Assembly (NCBI GenBank): GCA_036170915.1
Contig: JAVHQC010000032.1
Coordinates: forward strand, 1-64,000
DNA from: Cyanobacteria bacterium auto_48_18
GTDB taxonomy: Bacteria > Cyanobacteriota > Vampirovibrionia > Obscuribacterales > Obscuribacteraceae
Reading direction: 5' to 3'
Length of the DNA: 64,000 nucleotides
Positions 12,085 to 22,502 of the stretch are shown here, piece by piece (within the stretch, counting starts at the first letter, position 1; each line of letters starts with the position of its first letter). Below the pieces are notes generated by a model. The model did no database searches. It saw only the letters and a program-made list of their open reading frames with translations, and was not told the origin of the DNA. A program made the translations under genes and the position numbers.

Positions 12085-14369
12085 ATAAGAAGTTTCCCTG
12101 GCTGCTGAGCATTCTTATCTTTGTCGCAGCACTAATCGCAATTTTTGCCTCAAAAATTTTCACCGGTCATTTACTCGCCGCTGAAGATGGCCGCGTGCAG
12201 AATTATCCCGGTTTTGCCTCGAGTGGATTCTTGTGGACGCCACTTATATTGACTGGTTTTCCGGTGATGGCTGATCCACAAATTTGTTTTTTTTATCCTC
12301 TTTGTTATCTGTCAAAACATGTAGGCGGGTGGAATTTTTATGTACTGAGCGGCTATTTTCTCAGTGCCTTATTTGCCTCGCTCTTTGCCTTTCGACTGAG
12401 CAAATCGACTTTGGGTGCGCTTGTAAGCGGCTTGGCTTATGGCTTTGGCGGCTATCAAATATCAGAATTGAGGCACGTACAAATTGTGCAGACAGCGGCC
12501 TGGCTGCCTTTGTTATTGTTGCTGGTTGACTATTTGCGGGTGCGCTCGAAATGGAATTTGCTGCAATTTGCCGCACTTGCTGTAGCCAGCGCTCTCACTG
12601 TACTAGCAGGCCATGCTCAAACTGCCGCTTACATCTTTGCCACCACTTTGCTCTATTCAATAGTAATGGGCACTCAGCAATCACTAAAAAGCGCCACCGT
12701 GCTCTTTAGTGTTTGCGCAACAGCAATTGTCCTCGGTCTGGCCATGGCGGCTGTGCAGCTAATTCCAACATACGAACTGGTGCAACAGAGCGTGCGACCA
12801 ACTTTTACCTATCTAGATTTTGTTGTAGGGCAACTTGAGCCTATGCAAGTTTTAGGTTTTCTGATGCCCTATCTACTCGGTGGTAAATTTGGCAGCCTTG
12901 AAGGAATTCCATTTTCAGATCAAGGCCCACCGCCAGGGCTACTTTTCTACGGTTTGGCACCTGTAGGTTTAATGGTCATTGCCCTGGTTCGTTGCTGGAG
13001 CAATCAAGCAGTGCGTTTTTTTGCGGTACTATCTCTGGTGGCTATACTTTTTGCTCTCGGTGGTTACACCCCTCTTGGTCAGCTTTTTTATCATATACCC
13101 GTGCTCGGATCTTTTCGTGGCCTTTACCGAGTACTACTGCTGCCTGCATTTGCGCTCTGCATGCTCTGTAGCCTGGCCATCAGCAATATCGAAGAGCGGG
13201 CGGACGAAACAACAGACGGTGCCCAAAATCAAAGCATCAAAAGCGAGCTTTTGGGCTACTGGAAAAAAGCCGGTAACTGGAAACATGCGGCTCTTTGTTT
13301 ATACATCTTTCTCAGCTGCCTGCTACCCACTTTTTTGGTAGGCACATTGCCACTTTTGCTCTTCATAGCTAAACCCAAACAGCTTTGGCGTAAGACTCTC
13401 CTGGCGGCGAGCATATTATTTGTATTGAGCTCCTATGCCACTAATTCGCAGTGGTACTCGCAGTCAGAATTGATAAGCAGCTTCAGTGCGCCAGAGCAAA
13501 CTACCAAGCTACGAGAAAAGTTGAACAACTCCCAGCGCATTTTTACTTTACGCGGTTTAGAAGGTCTAAACAACGAATATCCACCTAACTTGAGCCGTCT
13601 CTGGAAGGTGGCTAATGCCAGTGGTTACGAGCCTCTCATGCCTCTGCGCTACATGCAGCTTCTACGCATTTCAGAAGGCGGATTTCTGCAGCCACCCTGG
13701 CGCATCACCGGTGGCAACCGCGCCTTTGATATTTGCTCTGTGCGTTATCTTTATGCTCCCAAAGACAGTTTCGGTGGCCGAGCTTTTATCGATGATGCCT
13801 GGAAACACTGGCATCTGATCAGTCAGGCCAATGACGTCTTGGTCTACGAAAATACACGCAGCCGTCCGCGCTGGTATATGGTGCAAGAGGCTATTTCAAG
13901 CACTCCTCCTGAAATTCTTAAAGCGATCACCACAGGCCAGTTGAACGACACGCAAAAATTCGACCCTGATTATATGGTACTGATTGAAGACAAAATTACT
14001 GCCACAAGCAGCTCCGAGGCCGCCAGGGCCAGCACCGACACTGTAAGCTCAATCAGTTGCGATGAAGAAAGCGACGAGAGGATAGCACTATCTGTAGTGA
14101 CAGATAAGCCAGGCTTCTTAGTACTAGCTGATCAATACTATCCAGGCTGGCAAGCCACCATAGACGGTGCGAGAGTAAAAATCTTGAGGGCAAATTACAT
14201 TCAGAGGGCAGTAGCAATCGAGGCGGGCAGCCACAAAATTGTATTTTCCTTCCAGCCAGAATCTTTTGCCACAGGTCGCCTGATAAGTCTCATTGCCCTG
14301 GCATTGTTAGCCATAATTGTGCTGGCGGGTTTGCTTTTAGTAAGAATGAAAATTACAAAACCACACTAA
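12081..14369 (+). CDS. YfhO-family membrane protein (GT-C-like)
   Basis: LWTP..GFPVMADPQ..FYP, AAWLP, LAGHAQ, AVQLIPT; C-terminal LVLADQYYPGWQATIDG..RAV...G.H typical of YfhO. Confidence 0.85.
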   Translation: MNKKFPWLLSILIFVAALIAIFASKIFTGHLLAAEDGRVQNYPGFASSGFLWTPLILTGFPVMADPQICFFYPLCYLSKHVGGWNFYVLSGYFLSALFASLFAFRLSKSTLGALVSGLAYGFGGYQISELRHVQIVQTAAWLPLLLLLVDYLRVRSKWNLLQFAALAVASALTVLAGHAQTAAYIFATTLLYSIVMGTQQSLKSATVLFSVCATAIVLGLAMAAVQLIPTYELVQQSVRPTFTYLDFVVGQLEPMQVLGFLMPYLLGGKFGSLEGIPFSDQGPPPGLLFYGLAPVGLMVIALVRCWSNQAVRFFAVLSLVAILFALGGYTPLGQLFYHIPVLGSFRGLYRVLLLPAFALCMLCSLAISNIEERADETTDGAQNQSIKSELLGYWKKAGNWKHAALCLYIFLSCLLPTFLVGTLPLLLFIAKPKQLWRKTLLAASILFVLSSYATNSQWYSQSELISSFSAPEQTTKLREKLNNSQRIFTLRGLEGLNNEYPPNLSRLWKVANASGYEPLMPLRYMQLLRISEGGFLQPPWRITGGNRAFDICSVRYLYAPKDSFGGRAFIDDAWKHWHLISQANDVLVYENTRSRPRWYMVQEAISSTPPEILKAITTGQLNDTQKFDPDYMVLIEDKITATSSSEAARASTDTVSSISCDEESDERIALSVVTDKPGFLVLADQYYPGWQATIDGARVKILRANYIQRAVAIEAGSHKIVFSFQPESFATGRLISLIALALLAIIVLAGLLLVRMKITKPH

Positions 14370-14372
14370 AGT

Positions 14373-15092
14373 CTAAAAGTGCTCCAGGTTCATATCAAAC
14401 TTCTTGGCCAATGCTCGGTCGCGAGCGGCTAAGTCGCCCTTGCCTAATTTGTCATAAGCTTTGGCTCTGCCCCAGTATGCAGTAGACACTTCTGGTGCCA
14501 GCTTGGCCAATTGCGTAAAGACTTTCACCGACTGGTTGTAATCACCTGACAAAAGCAACATGTCACCTTGATCGTAGAGATTCTCAGCATAATGTTTACC
14601 CTGGGGCTCAACTCGAGCAGCTTCACCTAAATCACGAGCAGCTTCGGCATAACGCTTCAGTCTTTTGTACGCAACTCCGCGTGCTCGCCAGTGTCCCGCA
14701 GCGTTCTTTTCGCAAGCAATCAAAACATTGTAATCGCGAATAGCCAGATCAAGCTTACCGCTAACATCAAACAGATGCGCTCGCATGCGCAGAGCCTGCA
14801 TATTCTTTGCATTAAGGGCTAAAGCAGCATTGATGTCGGCAATGGCTTTGTCCATAAAGCCCAGTTCTTTCAAGATATCAGCCCTTTCGACATAGACGCT
14901 TACGCTCTTTGGATAGCGCGCGGCCAGATCGTTATAAAGGCGCAAAGCTTCTTCGGTTTTCTCTTCATTGCGCAAAGCCCGAGCATGGCTAATGCCAACT
15001 TGAAAATCATCGGCGGCCACCACTTGAGTTAAATTCTGCGGCAGCAGCAAAAAACCAGCAATAAGAGAATACCGCAGCAATTTTCTGCGCAT
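14373..15092 (-). CDS. Exported tetratricopeptide-repeat protein
   Basis: Signal peptide plus several TPR units (AIADINAAL, AIRDYN, AYWGRAKAY). Alternative TTG start at 15134. Confidence 0.85.
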   Translation of the reverse strand: MRRKLLRYSLIAGFLLLPQNLTQVVAADDFQVGISHARALRNEEKTEEALRLYNDLAARYPKSVSVYVERADILKELGFMDKAIADINAALALNAKNMQALRMRAHLFDVSGKLDLAIRDYNVLIACEKNAAGHWRARGVAYKRLKRYAEAARDLGEAARVEPQGKHYAENLYDQGDMLLLSGDYNQSVKVFTQLAKLAPEVSTAYWGRAKAYDKLGKGDLAARDRALAKKFDMNLEHF

Positions 15093-15135
15093 GATACTGT
15101 CCACGAGCGGCCTTGCTAATGGTTGTGCGACCAAA

Positions 15136-16347
15136 TTAGCTCTGGCCGTATGCGGGATCTACAGCCTCGTGATAATTGACTCCTGGCAATCCGAAACCGA
15201 AGAGCTTGAGAAACTCTGAGCGATAACTTTCGTAGTCAGAAATTTGCTTGAGATTTTCGCTCGTTACTTGCGGCCACAAAGCGTCTACTTTTGCCTGTAC
15301 CGAAGCTTCCATTTCTTTGTCATCAATGCGAATGCGGCCCTCGGCATCGAGGTTTGGTTTTGCACCATTATAAAGATTGCCGGCGAACAAACGATAAATT
15401 TGCTCGATGCAACCTTCGTGGCTATTGTTCTCTTTCATCACTTTATAGAGCAGTGAAATATAAAGTGGAACCACTGGAATAGCCGAGCTTGCTTGAGTAA
15501 CCAGAGCTTTATTGATTGATACGTATGCTTTGCCGCCGGTGGCAGCAAGATCTTGATTTAATTTTTTGGCGGTTTTTTCTACATCAGCCTTAGCAACTCC
15601 GATCGATCCATCGCGATAAATAGGCCAGGTGACAGCTGGGCCAATATATGAGTACGCAACTGTGACGGCGCCATCGGCCAGCACTTTTGCTTCCCTCAAT
15701 GCGTCCATCCACATTTGCCAGTCTTCGCCTCCCATCACCTGTAAGGTGTCTGAAACCTGTTGCTCTGTGGCAGGATCGATGCTTATTTCTTTCACCAATT
15801 CTTTGTCGGTATCAAGAGTCTTAGCCGTAAAAGTATTGCCGATTGGTTTAATTACTGATTTAAAAAGCGTGCCGCTTTTGGGATGCATGCGCTGAGGAGA
15901 GGCCAAGCTGTAGACAACAAGATCTACTGTACCGAGCTCCTTCTTGATTACTTCGATGGCTTTGTTTTTGATATCGTCGGAAAAAGCGTCGCCATTAATG
16001 CTGTGGCTAAACAGCCCGGCCTCTTTAGCTTTACGGTCAAATGCCAGAGTGTTATACCAGCCGGCAGTGGCAGTTTTGCCATTTTCGGAAGGCTTTTCGA
16101 AAAACACACCAACGGTGGCTGCGCCGCCGCCAAATGCTGCGCTGATGCGCGAAGCCAATCCGTAGCCAGTTGAAGCGCCGATTACGAGCACCTTTTTAGG
16201 GGCGCCAGTAATGGGCCCCTGCTTTTTTACATAGTCAATTTGTTCTTGCACATGAGCTTCGCAACCCAGTGGATGCGCCGTAACACAGATAAACCCGCGA
16301 ATTCGGGGCTCAATTACAATCAAGTTATCGGTGGATGTCATGCCCAT
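15136..16347 (-). CDS. fabV: Enoyl-ACP reductase FabV / trans-2-enoyl-CoA reductase
   Basis: RGFIC..AHPxGC, GASTGYGLASRI, TAGWYN, GDAFS, YSLASP, VMGGEDW, ALVTQASSAIP, HEGCIEQI; GGAG RBS before ATG 16347. Confidence 0.95.
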   Translation of the reverse strand: MGMTSTDNLIVIEPRIRGFICVTAHPLGCEAHVQEQIDYVKKQGPITGAPKKVLVIGASTGYGLASRISAAFGGGAATVGVFFEKPSENGKTATAGWYNTLAFDRKAKEAGLFSHSINGDAFSDDIKNKAIEVIKKELGTVDLVVYSLASPQRMHPKSGTLFKSVIKPIGNTFTAKTLDTDKELVKEISIDPATEQQVSDTLQVMGGEDWQMWMDALREAKVLADGAVTVAYSYIGPAVTWPIYRDGSIGVAKADVEKTAKKLNQDLAATGGKAYVSINKALVTQASSAIPVVPLYISLLYKVMKENNSHEGCIEQIYRLFAGNLYNGAKPNLDAEGRIRIDDKEMEASVQAKVDALWPQVTSENLKQISDYESYRSEFLKLFGFGLPGVNYHEAVDPAYGQS

Positions 16348-16523
16348 TTTAATCACTCCATAGCGCATCATTCTTTCGTGGTCGACGTGATCTTCCCCTG
16401 CTGGGCAGGCAGCTGTCAACACGTGACTATAATCAGCGTATCAAGGCTATTAACATTAGGGTGAGCCACCATAGCAAAGTGCTAGAGTATTGGAGCAATA
16501 ATAACGCTTCATGAGGTGCAGCT

Positions 16524-18083
16524 ATGCATCTAGATGTGGTGCTTTTGTCACGCTTACAATTTGCGTTGACTTTGATGTTCCACTATATATTTCCACCGCT
16601 AACCATTGGCCTTGGTTTGCTTATGGTGATTATAGAGTGGCTCTGGCTGCGCACTCAAGACACTTTTTATAAATCTATGGCGCTGTTTTGGACAAAGCTC
16701 TTTGCCATCAACTTTGCTATGGGTGTGGCCACCGGTCTGGTGATGGAATTTCAGTTCGGCACCAACTGGGCTATTTACTCTCGCTTTGTTGGTGATATCT
16801 TTGGCTCAGCCCTGGCGGCTGAAGCCATTTTTGCATTCTTCCTCGAATCTGGTTTCTTAGCCGTACTGGTTTTTGGCTGGGATAGAGTCAGTCCTAAAAT
16901 GCATTTCTTTGCCACTTGCATGGTGGCTATGGGTTCCTTATTTTCTTCAATCTGGATCACCATTGCTAACTCCTGGCAGCAAACTCCGGCGGGTTATCAC
17001 ATAGTTAAGTCGGCATCAGGCTTCTGGCGAGCTGAAGTAACTGATTTCTGGGCCATGTGTTTTAATCCGTCAATGGTGCATCGCATGCTCCACGTCTGGC
17101 TTGGCTGTTTTATTTTAGGCGCGTTTTTTGCCCTCAGCATTGGCGCCTATTACATCATCAAAAAAGAACACACGCGCTTTGCCCAAACCACCGTCAAAAT
17201 CGCGCTGGTTTATGCGGCGATCAGCAGCGTCGCTATGCTAGTTTCGGGTCACTTTCAGGCAGACGCCGTCAGCGTTAACCAACCGGCAAAATTAGCTGCT
17301 TTTGAGGGGCACTATGAAACCGGCACTGGTGGCACTTGTCTCTATGCATTCGGTTGGCCGGACGACAAATCAAAAACCGTTAAATTTGGCCTTTCTGCGC
17401 CTGGCATGCTTAGCTTTCTTGTACATCACAATTTTACTCAACCAGTTGATGGTCTAGACAAGTTCAAAGAAGAAGACCGGCCGCCAGTCTTCATTCCATT
17501 CCAAAGCTACCACCTGATGATTATGCTTGGTATGGCCTTCATCGGTCTGTCGCTACTCGGTCTGGTATTACTAAAATTCAATCGCCTGTTCGAGCAGAAA
17601 TGGCTCATGTATATTTATGTGGTCAGTGTGCTCGGCGCCTATGCCGCCAATGAAAGCGGCTGGGTGGCTGCAGAAGTAGGCCGGCAACCATGGGTTGTCT
17701 ACGGTCTTTTGCGCACTAAAAATGGTGTCTCTCATTCTGTCACCGGCGAGCAAGTTTTGACTTCGATGATCATGTTCGCCATTGTCTACAGCTTCTTGTT
17801 TGTAGTCTGGGTGATGGTGATGAATGCCCGCATTGTGGCTGGCCCGCCACTGTTAGAAGACCTGGCTAAAGAAGACGCAAAAATTGCACCAGACAGTAAA
17901 AAGGGCGTACGCGAATTCTGGGCCATGCTAGGTCAGCTATTAGAGCGCGGCCCAGCCTCACTGAGCGAAACCTGGCGCGGACCCGCACCACCCATGGCCG
18001 GGCAAGATTCAGAAAGCGCCGAAAAAAGCGAGAATAAAAGTGATTTAAGCGGCGAAGACGATAATCAGGAGGCTAAATCCTGA
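16524..18083 (+). CDS. cydA: Cytochrome bd ubiquinol oxidase subunit I
   Basis: [63 protein letters not shown]. Confidence 0.97.
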   Translation: MHLDVVLLSRLQFALTLMFHYIFPPLTIGLGLLMVIIEWLWLRTQDTFYKSMALFWTKLFAINFAMGVATGLVMEFQFGTNWAIYSRFVGDIFGSALAAEAIFAFFLESGFLAVLVFGWDRVSPKMHFFATCMVAMGSLFSSIWITIANSWQQTPAGYHIVKSASGFWRAEVTDFWAMCFNPSMVHRMLHVWLGCFILGAFFALSIGAYYIIKKEHTRFAQTTVKIALVYAAISSVAMLVSGHFQADAVSVNQPAKLAAFEGHYETGTGGTCLYAFGWPDDKSKTVKFGLSAPGMLSFLVHHNFTQPVDGLDKFKEEDRPPVFIPFQSYHLMIMLGMAFIGLSLLGLVLLKFNRLFEQKWLMYIYVVSVLGAYAANESGWVAAEVGRQPWVVYGLLRTKNGVSHSVTGEQVLTSMIMFAIVYSFLFVVWVMVMNARIVAGPPLLEDLAKEDAKIAPDSKKGVREFWAMLGQLLERGPASLSETWRGPAPPMAGQDSESAEKSENKSDLSGEDDNQEAKS

Positions 18084-19114
18084 TGTTTACAGCTGAATAT
18101 TCAATGAACCTGGCCTGGTTTATTTTACTTGGCATTTTACTGACCGGTTACGGCGTACTTGATGGTTTTGACCTGGGCGTGGGAATTTTGCATCCGGTAG
18201 CCAAAACTGACGAAGAACGGCGCATCATTATTAACTCAATCGGCCCACTCTGGGACGGCAACGAAGTCTGGCTGGTGACATTTGCCGGTGCGCTCTTTGC
18301 CGCCTTTCCCGACGTTTATGCTCTGGCATTTTCGAGCTTTTACACCAATCTGATGATCATACTTTTTGCTCTAATTTTCAGAGCCGTCTCCATCGAATTT
18401 AGAAGCAAACACAAAGCCGCCCTATGGAGAAAGTTCTGGGACAACTGTTTCTTTTTATCAAGCATCAGCGCCAGTTTTCTTTTTGGCTACATCATCGGCC
18501 AGCTTTTCCTAGGCCTGCCCATTGACGCCCAGTTCGAACTGCACCGAGAAAAAATGAGCTTTATCGAGCTTTACCCGGTGGTCACAGGGCTACTGGCAGT
18601 GGCAACCTGTGCTATGCACGGCTCGATTTTCCTTTATCTGAAAACAGAAGGTGAGTTGCAAGAGCGCATTCATAACTGGATGTGGCACACCTATGGCATT
18701 TTCGTTATGGTCTATATAATGACCACCATTTTTACCTTGACCCAAATTCCCTCTGCCACTGTCAACCTGACGCGCTATCCCTGGCTGTGGAGCGTGGTAA
18801 TGGTGAACGTGCTGGCCATCGGCAATATTCCCCGGGCTATTTTCTTGAAAAAGCCTGGCTATGCATTTCTCTCGTCAATCGCCACCATTGCGGCACTGGC
18901 GGCACTTTTCGGCATCGCTATTTTCCCTAACTTTATCGTCAGCAGTATCGACCCGAGCTTAAGCCTCAATATCTACAATGCGGCCGCTTCCAAAGGCACT
19001 CTCCGAACTATGCTGTTCATTGCCGTACTTGGATTGCCGTTTGTACTCAGTTATACGGTGATTGTCTACTGGGTGTTCCACGGCAAGGTCAAATTGGGGA
19101 AATTCAGCTACTAA
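18083..19114 (+). CDS. cydB: Cytochrome bd ubiquinol oxidase subunit II
   Basis: LDGFDLGVG, GPLWDGNEVWLV, FAAFP, RAVSIEFR, VFHGKV; TGATG overlap with cydA. Confidence 0.97.
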   Translation: MFTAEYSMNLAWFILLGILLTGYGVLDGFDLGVGILHPVAKTDEERRIIINSIGPLWDGNEVWLVTFAGALFAAFPDVYALAFSSFYTNLMIILFALIFRAVSIEFRSKHKAALWRKFWDNCFFLSSISASFLFGYIIGQLFLGLPIDAQFELHREKMSFIELYPVVTGLLAVATCAMHGSIFLYLKTEGELQERIHNWMWHTYGIFVMVYIMTTIFTLTQIPSATVNLTRYPWLWSVVMVNVLAIGNIPRAIFLKKPGYAFLSSIATIAALAALFGIAIFPNFIVSSIDPSLSLNIYNAAASKGTLRTMLFIAVLGLPFVLSYTVIVYWVFHGKVKLGKFSY

Positions 19115-19152
19115 AATTGCAGAGAATTTTTTGAAAATTTCTCTGCAATTTT
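19113..19152. repeat. Palindromic element copy 2, probable terminator after cydB
   Basis: AAAATT-GCAGAGAATTTTTTGAAAATTTCTCTGC-AATTTT; two mismatches to the 28-bp core; starts at the cydB stop codon. Confidence 0.8.
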
Positions 19153-19235
19153 GCTCACGTCTTTTTCACTTGCTTCCGTCTATTCTCATAAAGCAAAGCA
19201 AGCGGCACGGCGGCAGACTAAGAGGGAAGTGAGCA

Positions 19236-19397
19236 ATGGAACAATCACACGCAGTTGATGACTTGAACCTGGCTATTTCGGAAGAATTAAAAATCAGCTT
19301 TCAAAAACTCAGACGGGCAGCCGCCTTCGACAAAGAATTGAAGCAAACTATCGAAACCACCTGGAAAGATTACCAGAAAGCAGCACCTAAGAAATAA
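19236..19397 (+). CDS. Small hydrophilic hypothetical protein (53 aa), not in the ORF track
   Basis: AGAGGGAAG upstream of ATG; MEQSHAVDDLNLAISEELKISFQKLRRAAAFDKELKQTIETTWKDYQKAAPKK*; fills the gap and ends 3 nt from the convergent gene. Confidence 0.6.
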   Translation: MEQSHAVDDLNLAISEELKISFQKLRRAAAFDKELKQTIETTWKDYQKAAPKK

Positions 19398-19400
19398 GGC

Positions 19401-20480
19401 TCATTCCCACCAGAATTGCCACAGATCGCACCCTTTGATTTCCTCCGCCAGACGACTGATTGTGCCCATGCTCTGCATGACGTTGTCGGGGCAATAGCGA
19501 AAATGTTCAATGGCTAGATGATGGGCTTTCTCGTCGGTAAGCGCCGGCTTTTCCACATAAATGTATAAAGCGTCTGGTCCCATTCCCAGAAGACGGGCTT
19601 TGTTACTTTTCTTCCAGCGGCGCAATAACGCCATGTGCACATGAGCCGCGGGCATATCGTTGACTCCGCCCAGATGAAAGAATCCCGGCACCATCTCGGT
19701 TGTAGCTACCGGGACGAGCAATAAATATTGCACTTGATCGACAAATTCTTGCGCGCGGGTAGCGGCAATGCGCTCGGCATCAGGACTTTCGAACTCAACG
19801 CGCGCCTCTACCGCCGGGTCCTGGCGCGCTTCCAACCAGGCTTCGATATCGAGCTGCCTGGCCGCTTGCTCATAATCGCTCACGGTGGGCACCTTGTGGC
19901 GTTGGCGCAGATTATTGAGGGCGTCAACGAGTTCAATGCACTCCAATTGATCGAGCTTAAGAGCCGCTTGCTCAAAGGCTTCAGTTGTGAGCACGCAACT
20001 TTCACCCGCGAGAAGTTGCATGGCTGTGGCGTAACCGGTGGGTTCGCTTATAGTGTTCTGCAATTGCAAATTATCGAGCGCTTGCTTGAGCTTTTGCCTG
20101 AGCAAAATTTCTTGACCAAATGCGGGTACTGGTGCTGCTGGGGGCGGTGCAGCAGAAAAGATTCCCGAGCTTAGAACCTGTTCGCTGGCAGCTAGATCAA
20201 GGTCAAATTCTTGAAAAAATTCCTGAGCCAGGTCAAGGTTTCCACTGAGAAGTTGCAGCCTTTCTACTTCGGCAACAAAGACTGCACAATAGCCAAGGTT
20301 GGCCAGCAAATGATTAAGTCTGAGCCAGTGACTAACTTTCAACTGCGGGGCCTTGCGCAGCACATAGAGCCCATCGAAGCCGCCGATAGTCAGCGGGCGC
20401 ACTTCATCGAAGCTGACATCAGCAGCTTTAATCATTTGCTTGAGATTTTTCAAATCAATTACTGAGTGCAGCAATTTCAA
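19401..20480 (-). CDS. DUF4253-domain protein
   Basis: C-terminal GGVNDMP..LRRW..ARL..D.L..P..A..LAIEHFRYCPDNV.Q..LA..WQFWW pattern; GAGG RBS before TTG. Confidence 0.8.
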   Translation of the reverse strand: MKLLHSVIDLKNLKQMIKAADVSFDEVRPLTIGGFDGLYVLRKAPQLKVSHWLRLNHLLANLGYCAVFVAEVERLQLLSGNLDLAQEFFQEFDLDLAASEQVLSSGIFSAAPPPAAPVPAFGQEILLRQKLKQALDNLQLQNTISEPTGYATAMQLLAGESCVLTTEAFEQAALKLDQLECIELVDALNNLRQRHKVPTVSDYEQAARQLDIEAWLEARQDPAVEARVEFESPDAERIAATRAQEFVDQVQYLLLVPVATTEMVPGFFHLGGVNDMPAAHVHMALLRRWKKSNKARLLGMGPDALYIYVEKPALTDEKAHHLAIEHFRYCPDNVMQSMGTISRLAEEIKGCDLWQFWWE

Positions 20481-20571
20481 TCAACCTCATCGAAGGTTAA
20501 AAGACTAGTCCTAGACATTACATATGCCGCAGAACAAATTGCCGGTACCGCACAGAATTTAAATTTAGAAG

Positions 20572-21618
20572 CTAAAATCCCCAGCGCATTAATGTTGCGC
20601 CGGCACTTAGCCCAGCACCCATGGCGGCGAATAAAACCAGATCGCCTTTTTTCAGACGCCCCTGAGAAAGCGCAGTGCCAAGGGCTAAAGGCAGGGTGCC
20701 GGCGGTGGTATTGCCGTATTCGTCGATATTGACGATTACTTTCTCCATGGGCATGGCAAGACGATCTACGGCAGCTTTAATGATGCGCAAATTTGCCTGG
20801 TGAGGAATGAAAAGATCAATATCGGCGCCGGTCAGGCCATTGCGTTCGAGTAGGCGGGCACAAAGTTCAGGCATCCGTTTGGAGGCAAATTTAAAGACCA
20901 CTGGCCCGTCTTGCTTGACGAAATGCATTTTCTCGGCCACGGTTTTTTCAGAAGCAGGAAACTGGCTTCCCCCTCCAGGTAAGCACAAATAGTCGCCGCC
21001 TGAGCCGTCAACCTCGTGCAAGAAATCAATAAAGCAACCGTTCTCTGCAGCATCTGATGGCTGAACCAGAACAGCGCCACCACCATCACCAAATATGATG
21101 CAAGTTTGTCTGTCAGTGTAATCAATAATTGAAGACATAATGTCCATGCCGATTACCAGCACATTTTTGTGCGCGCCACTGGCGACAAATTGCACTGCAA
21201 CCTGCATAGCATAAAGAAATCCGGAGCAGGCAATGGAAAGATCAAAACCCCAGGCTTTGGTGGCACCAATTTTGTGTTGCACCAGACATGCCGTGGCCGG
21301 CAACATCATGTCGGGAGTGACGGTGGCTACAATAATCAGTTCTACGTCGCTGGCAGGCACACCGGCGTTGGCCAGCGCCTTCTTGGCGGCTTCTGCGGCC
21401 AGGTCTGAGCAGGTCACACCTTTTTCTACGATATATCGTTGTCTAATGCCGGTGCGCTCAACAATCCACTGGTCTGTGGTATCTACCATCTTTTCCAGAT
21501 CGGCATTGGTAAGCACTCTTGGAGGAACAGCAGTGCCTACAGAAGCAATGCGTGCAAGAGCAAAATTGCTCTTCTTCGAAATTGGGCTATTAGCTGGGGT
21601 ATTCAGAATGGACTCCAA
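20572..21618 (-). CDS. fabH: 3-oxoacyl-ACP synthase III
   Basis: DTTDQWIVERTGIRQR, ACSGF (catalytic Cys), FGDGGGA, PHQAN, YGNT, GAGL; exact start uncertain. Confidence 0.96.
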   Translation of the reverse strand: MESILNTPANSPISKKSNFALARIASVGTAVPPRVLTNADLEKMVDTTDQWIVERTGIRQRYIVEKGVTCSDLAAEAAKKALANAGVPASDVELIIVATVTPDMMLPATACLVQHKIGATKAWGFDLSIACSGFLYAMQVAVQFVASGAHKNVLVIGMDIMSSIIDYTDRQTCIIFGDGGGAVLVQPSDAAENGCFIDFLHEVDGSGGDYLCLPGGGSQFPASEKTVAEKMHFVKQDGPVVFKFASKRMPELCARLLERNGLTGADIDLFIPHQANLRIIKAAVDRLAMPMEKVIVNIDEYGNTTAGTLPLALGTALSQGRLKKGDLVLFAAMGAGLSAGATLMRWGF

Positions 21619-21956
21619 ATTCTTGAGATGGCAGCGGACGGCAAACGAAGAATGACAAAGATTTGCTTGACCATATTCTAAAAGAATTTGCCGAGTATAA
21701 ATTGTCTAAATGGTGAGATCAGATTCACTTGCAATGCAGCTGCCGTTGCCAGCGCCAATGCCGGGCTAGCGAGTTCTTAACTTTCATTATTGTTGCTGAA
21801 AAACAAGTTTTCCTTAACAGGTAAACCGCCAGCCAAAGTTTTCAAGACCCGACAATCTATTTGTGGCCTTGCACAATCAGTAGCAGAAGTGGCGAATCGA
21901 CACAAGAAAAACCTTCGCCTGCGACACCAAATGCGATACCGTATGACAGTCGCTTA

Positions 21957-22331
21957 TCAGGTGCTTTTAGTCATGGTTAATGCAACCATTTGCTGGTAGA
22001 TTTTTGAATCCATGATGGCTAAAAACTTCCGACCGTCTTTAAGCTCACACATTGCGCAAACTTTCTTGCGATTGCCGCCCATGGCTAAACCGGCAATCAG
22101 TCCCAGTGGTCCGAAAACGATATTGCCAACTACAGCCCAGCCGAGCGTCTGAGCAATGTTCTTAGCTGATTCTTCAGTCTCAATTTTGATGCCTTTTAGA
22201 TCTGTGGCCAGGTTAACTTGATCGAAACCACCCCAGAGCACACCCATATTGAATTCCCAATCGCCTGCAGTGAGGTCGCCAGCCAGAACTTTGACGGTTT
22301 TATTGTCAAAGATCTTATTAATTCGTTCCAC
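21957..22331 (-). CDS. Hypothetical protein with glycine-zipper-like hydrophobic segment
   Basis: 124-aa ORF with AGAGGT RBS; LGWAVVGNIVFGPLGLIAGLAMGG. Confidence 0.75.
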   Translation of the reverse strand: MERINKIFDNKTVKVLAGDLTAGDWEFNMGVLWGGFDQVNLATDLKGIKIETEESAKNIAQTLGWAVVGNIVFGPLGLIAGLAMGGNRKKVCAMCELKDGRKFLAIMDSKIYQQMVALTMTKST

Positions 22332-22502
22332 TCTACAAAACCTCTCTTATTTGCACATAGAGCATATACCCCATCATTCGAGAATGGTAATTACTTAAGG
22401 CTTTTTTGCTTTCTGAGCCTAAAGGAAGTAAAAGAAGTAAAAATAGCGCTATGGCCGCCAAGACAAGACCAAACAGATTTACTATTCGAGTGAAAACTTA
22501 AG

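Noticed and set aside
19236..19397. cydX-like small subunit
   Set aside because: No transmembrane helix, and it is separated from cydB by a terminator-like palindrome.
21790..21999. 69-aa plus-strand ORF
   Set aside because: No clear RBS, overlaps the 3' end of a convergent gene, and has no motifs.
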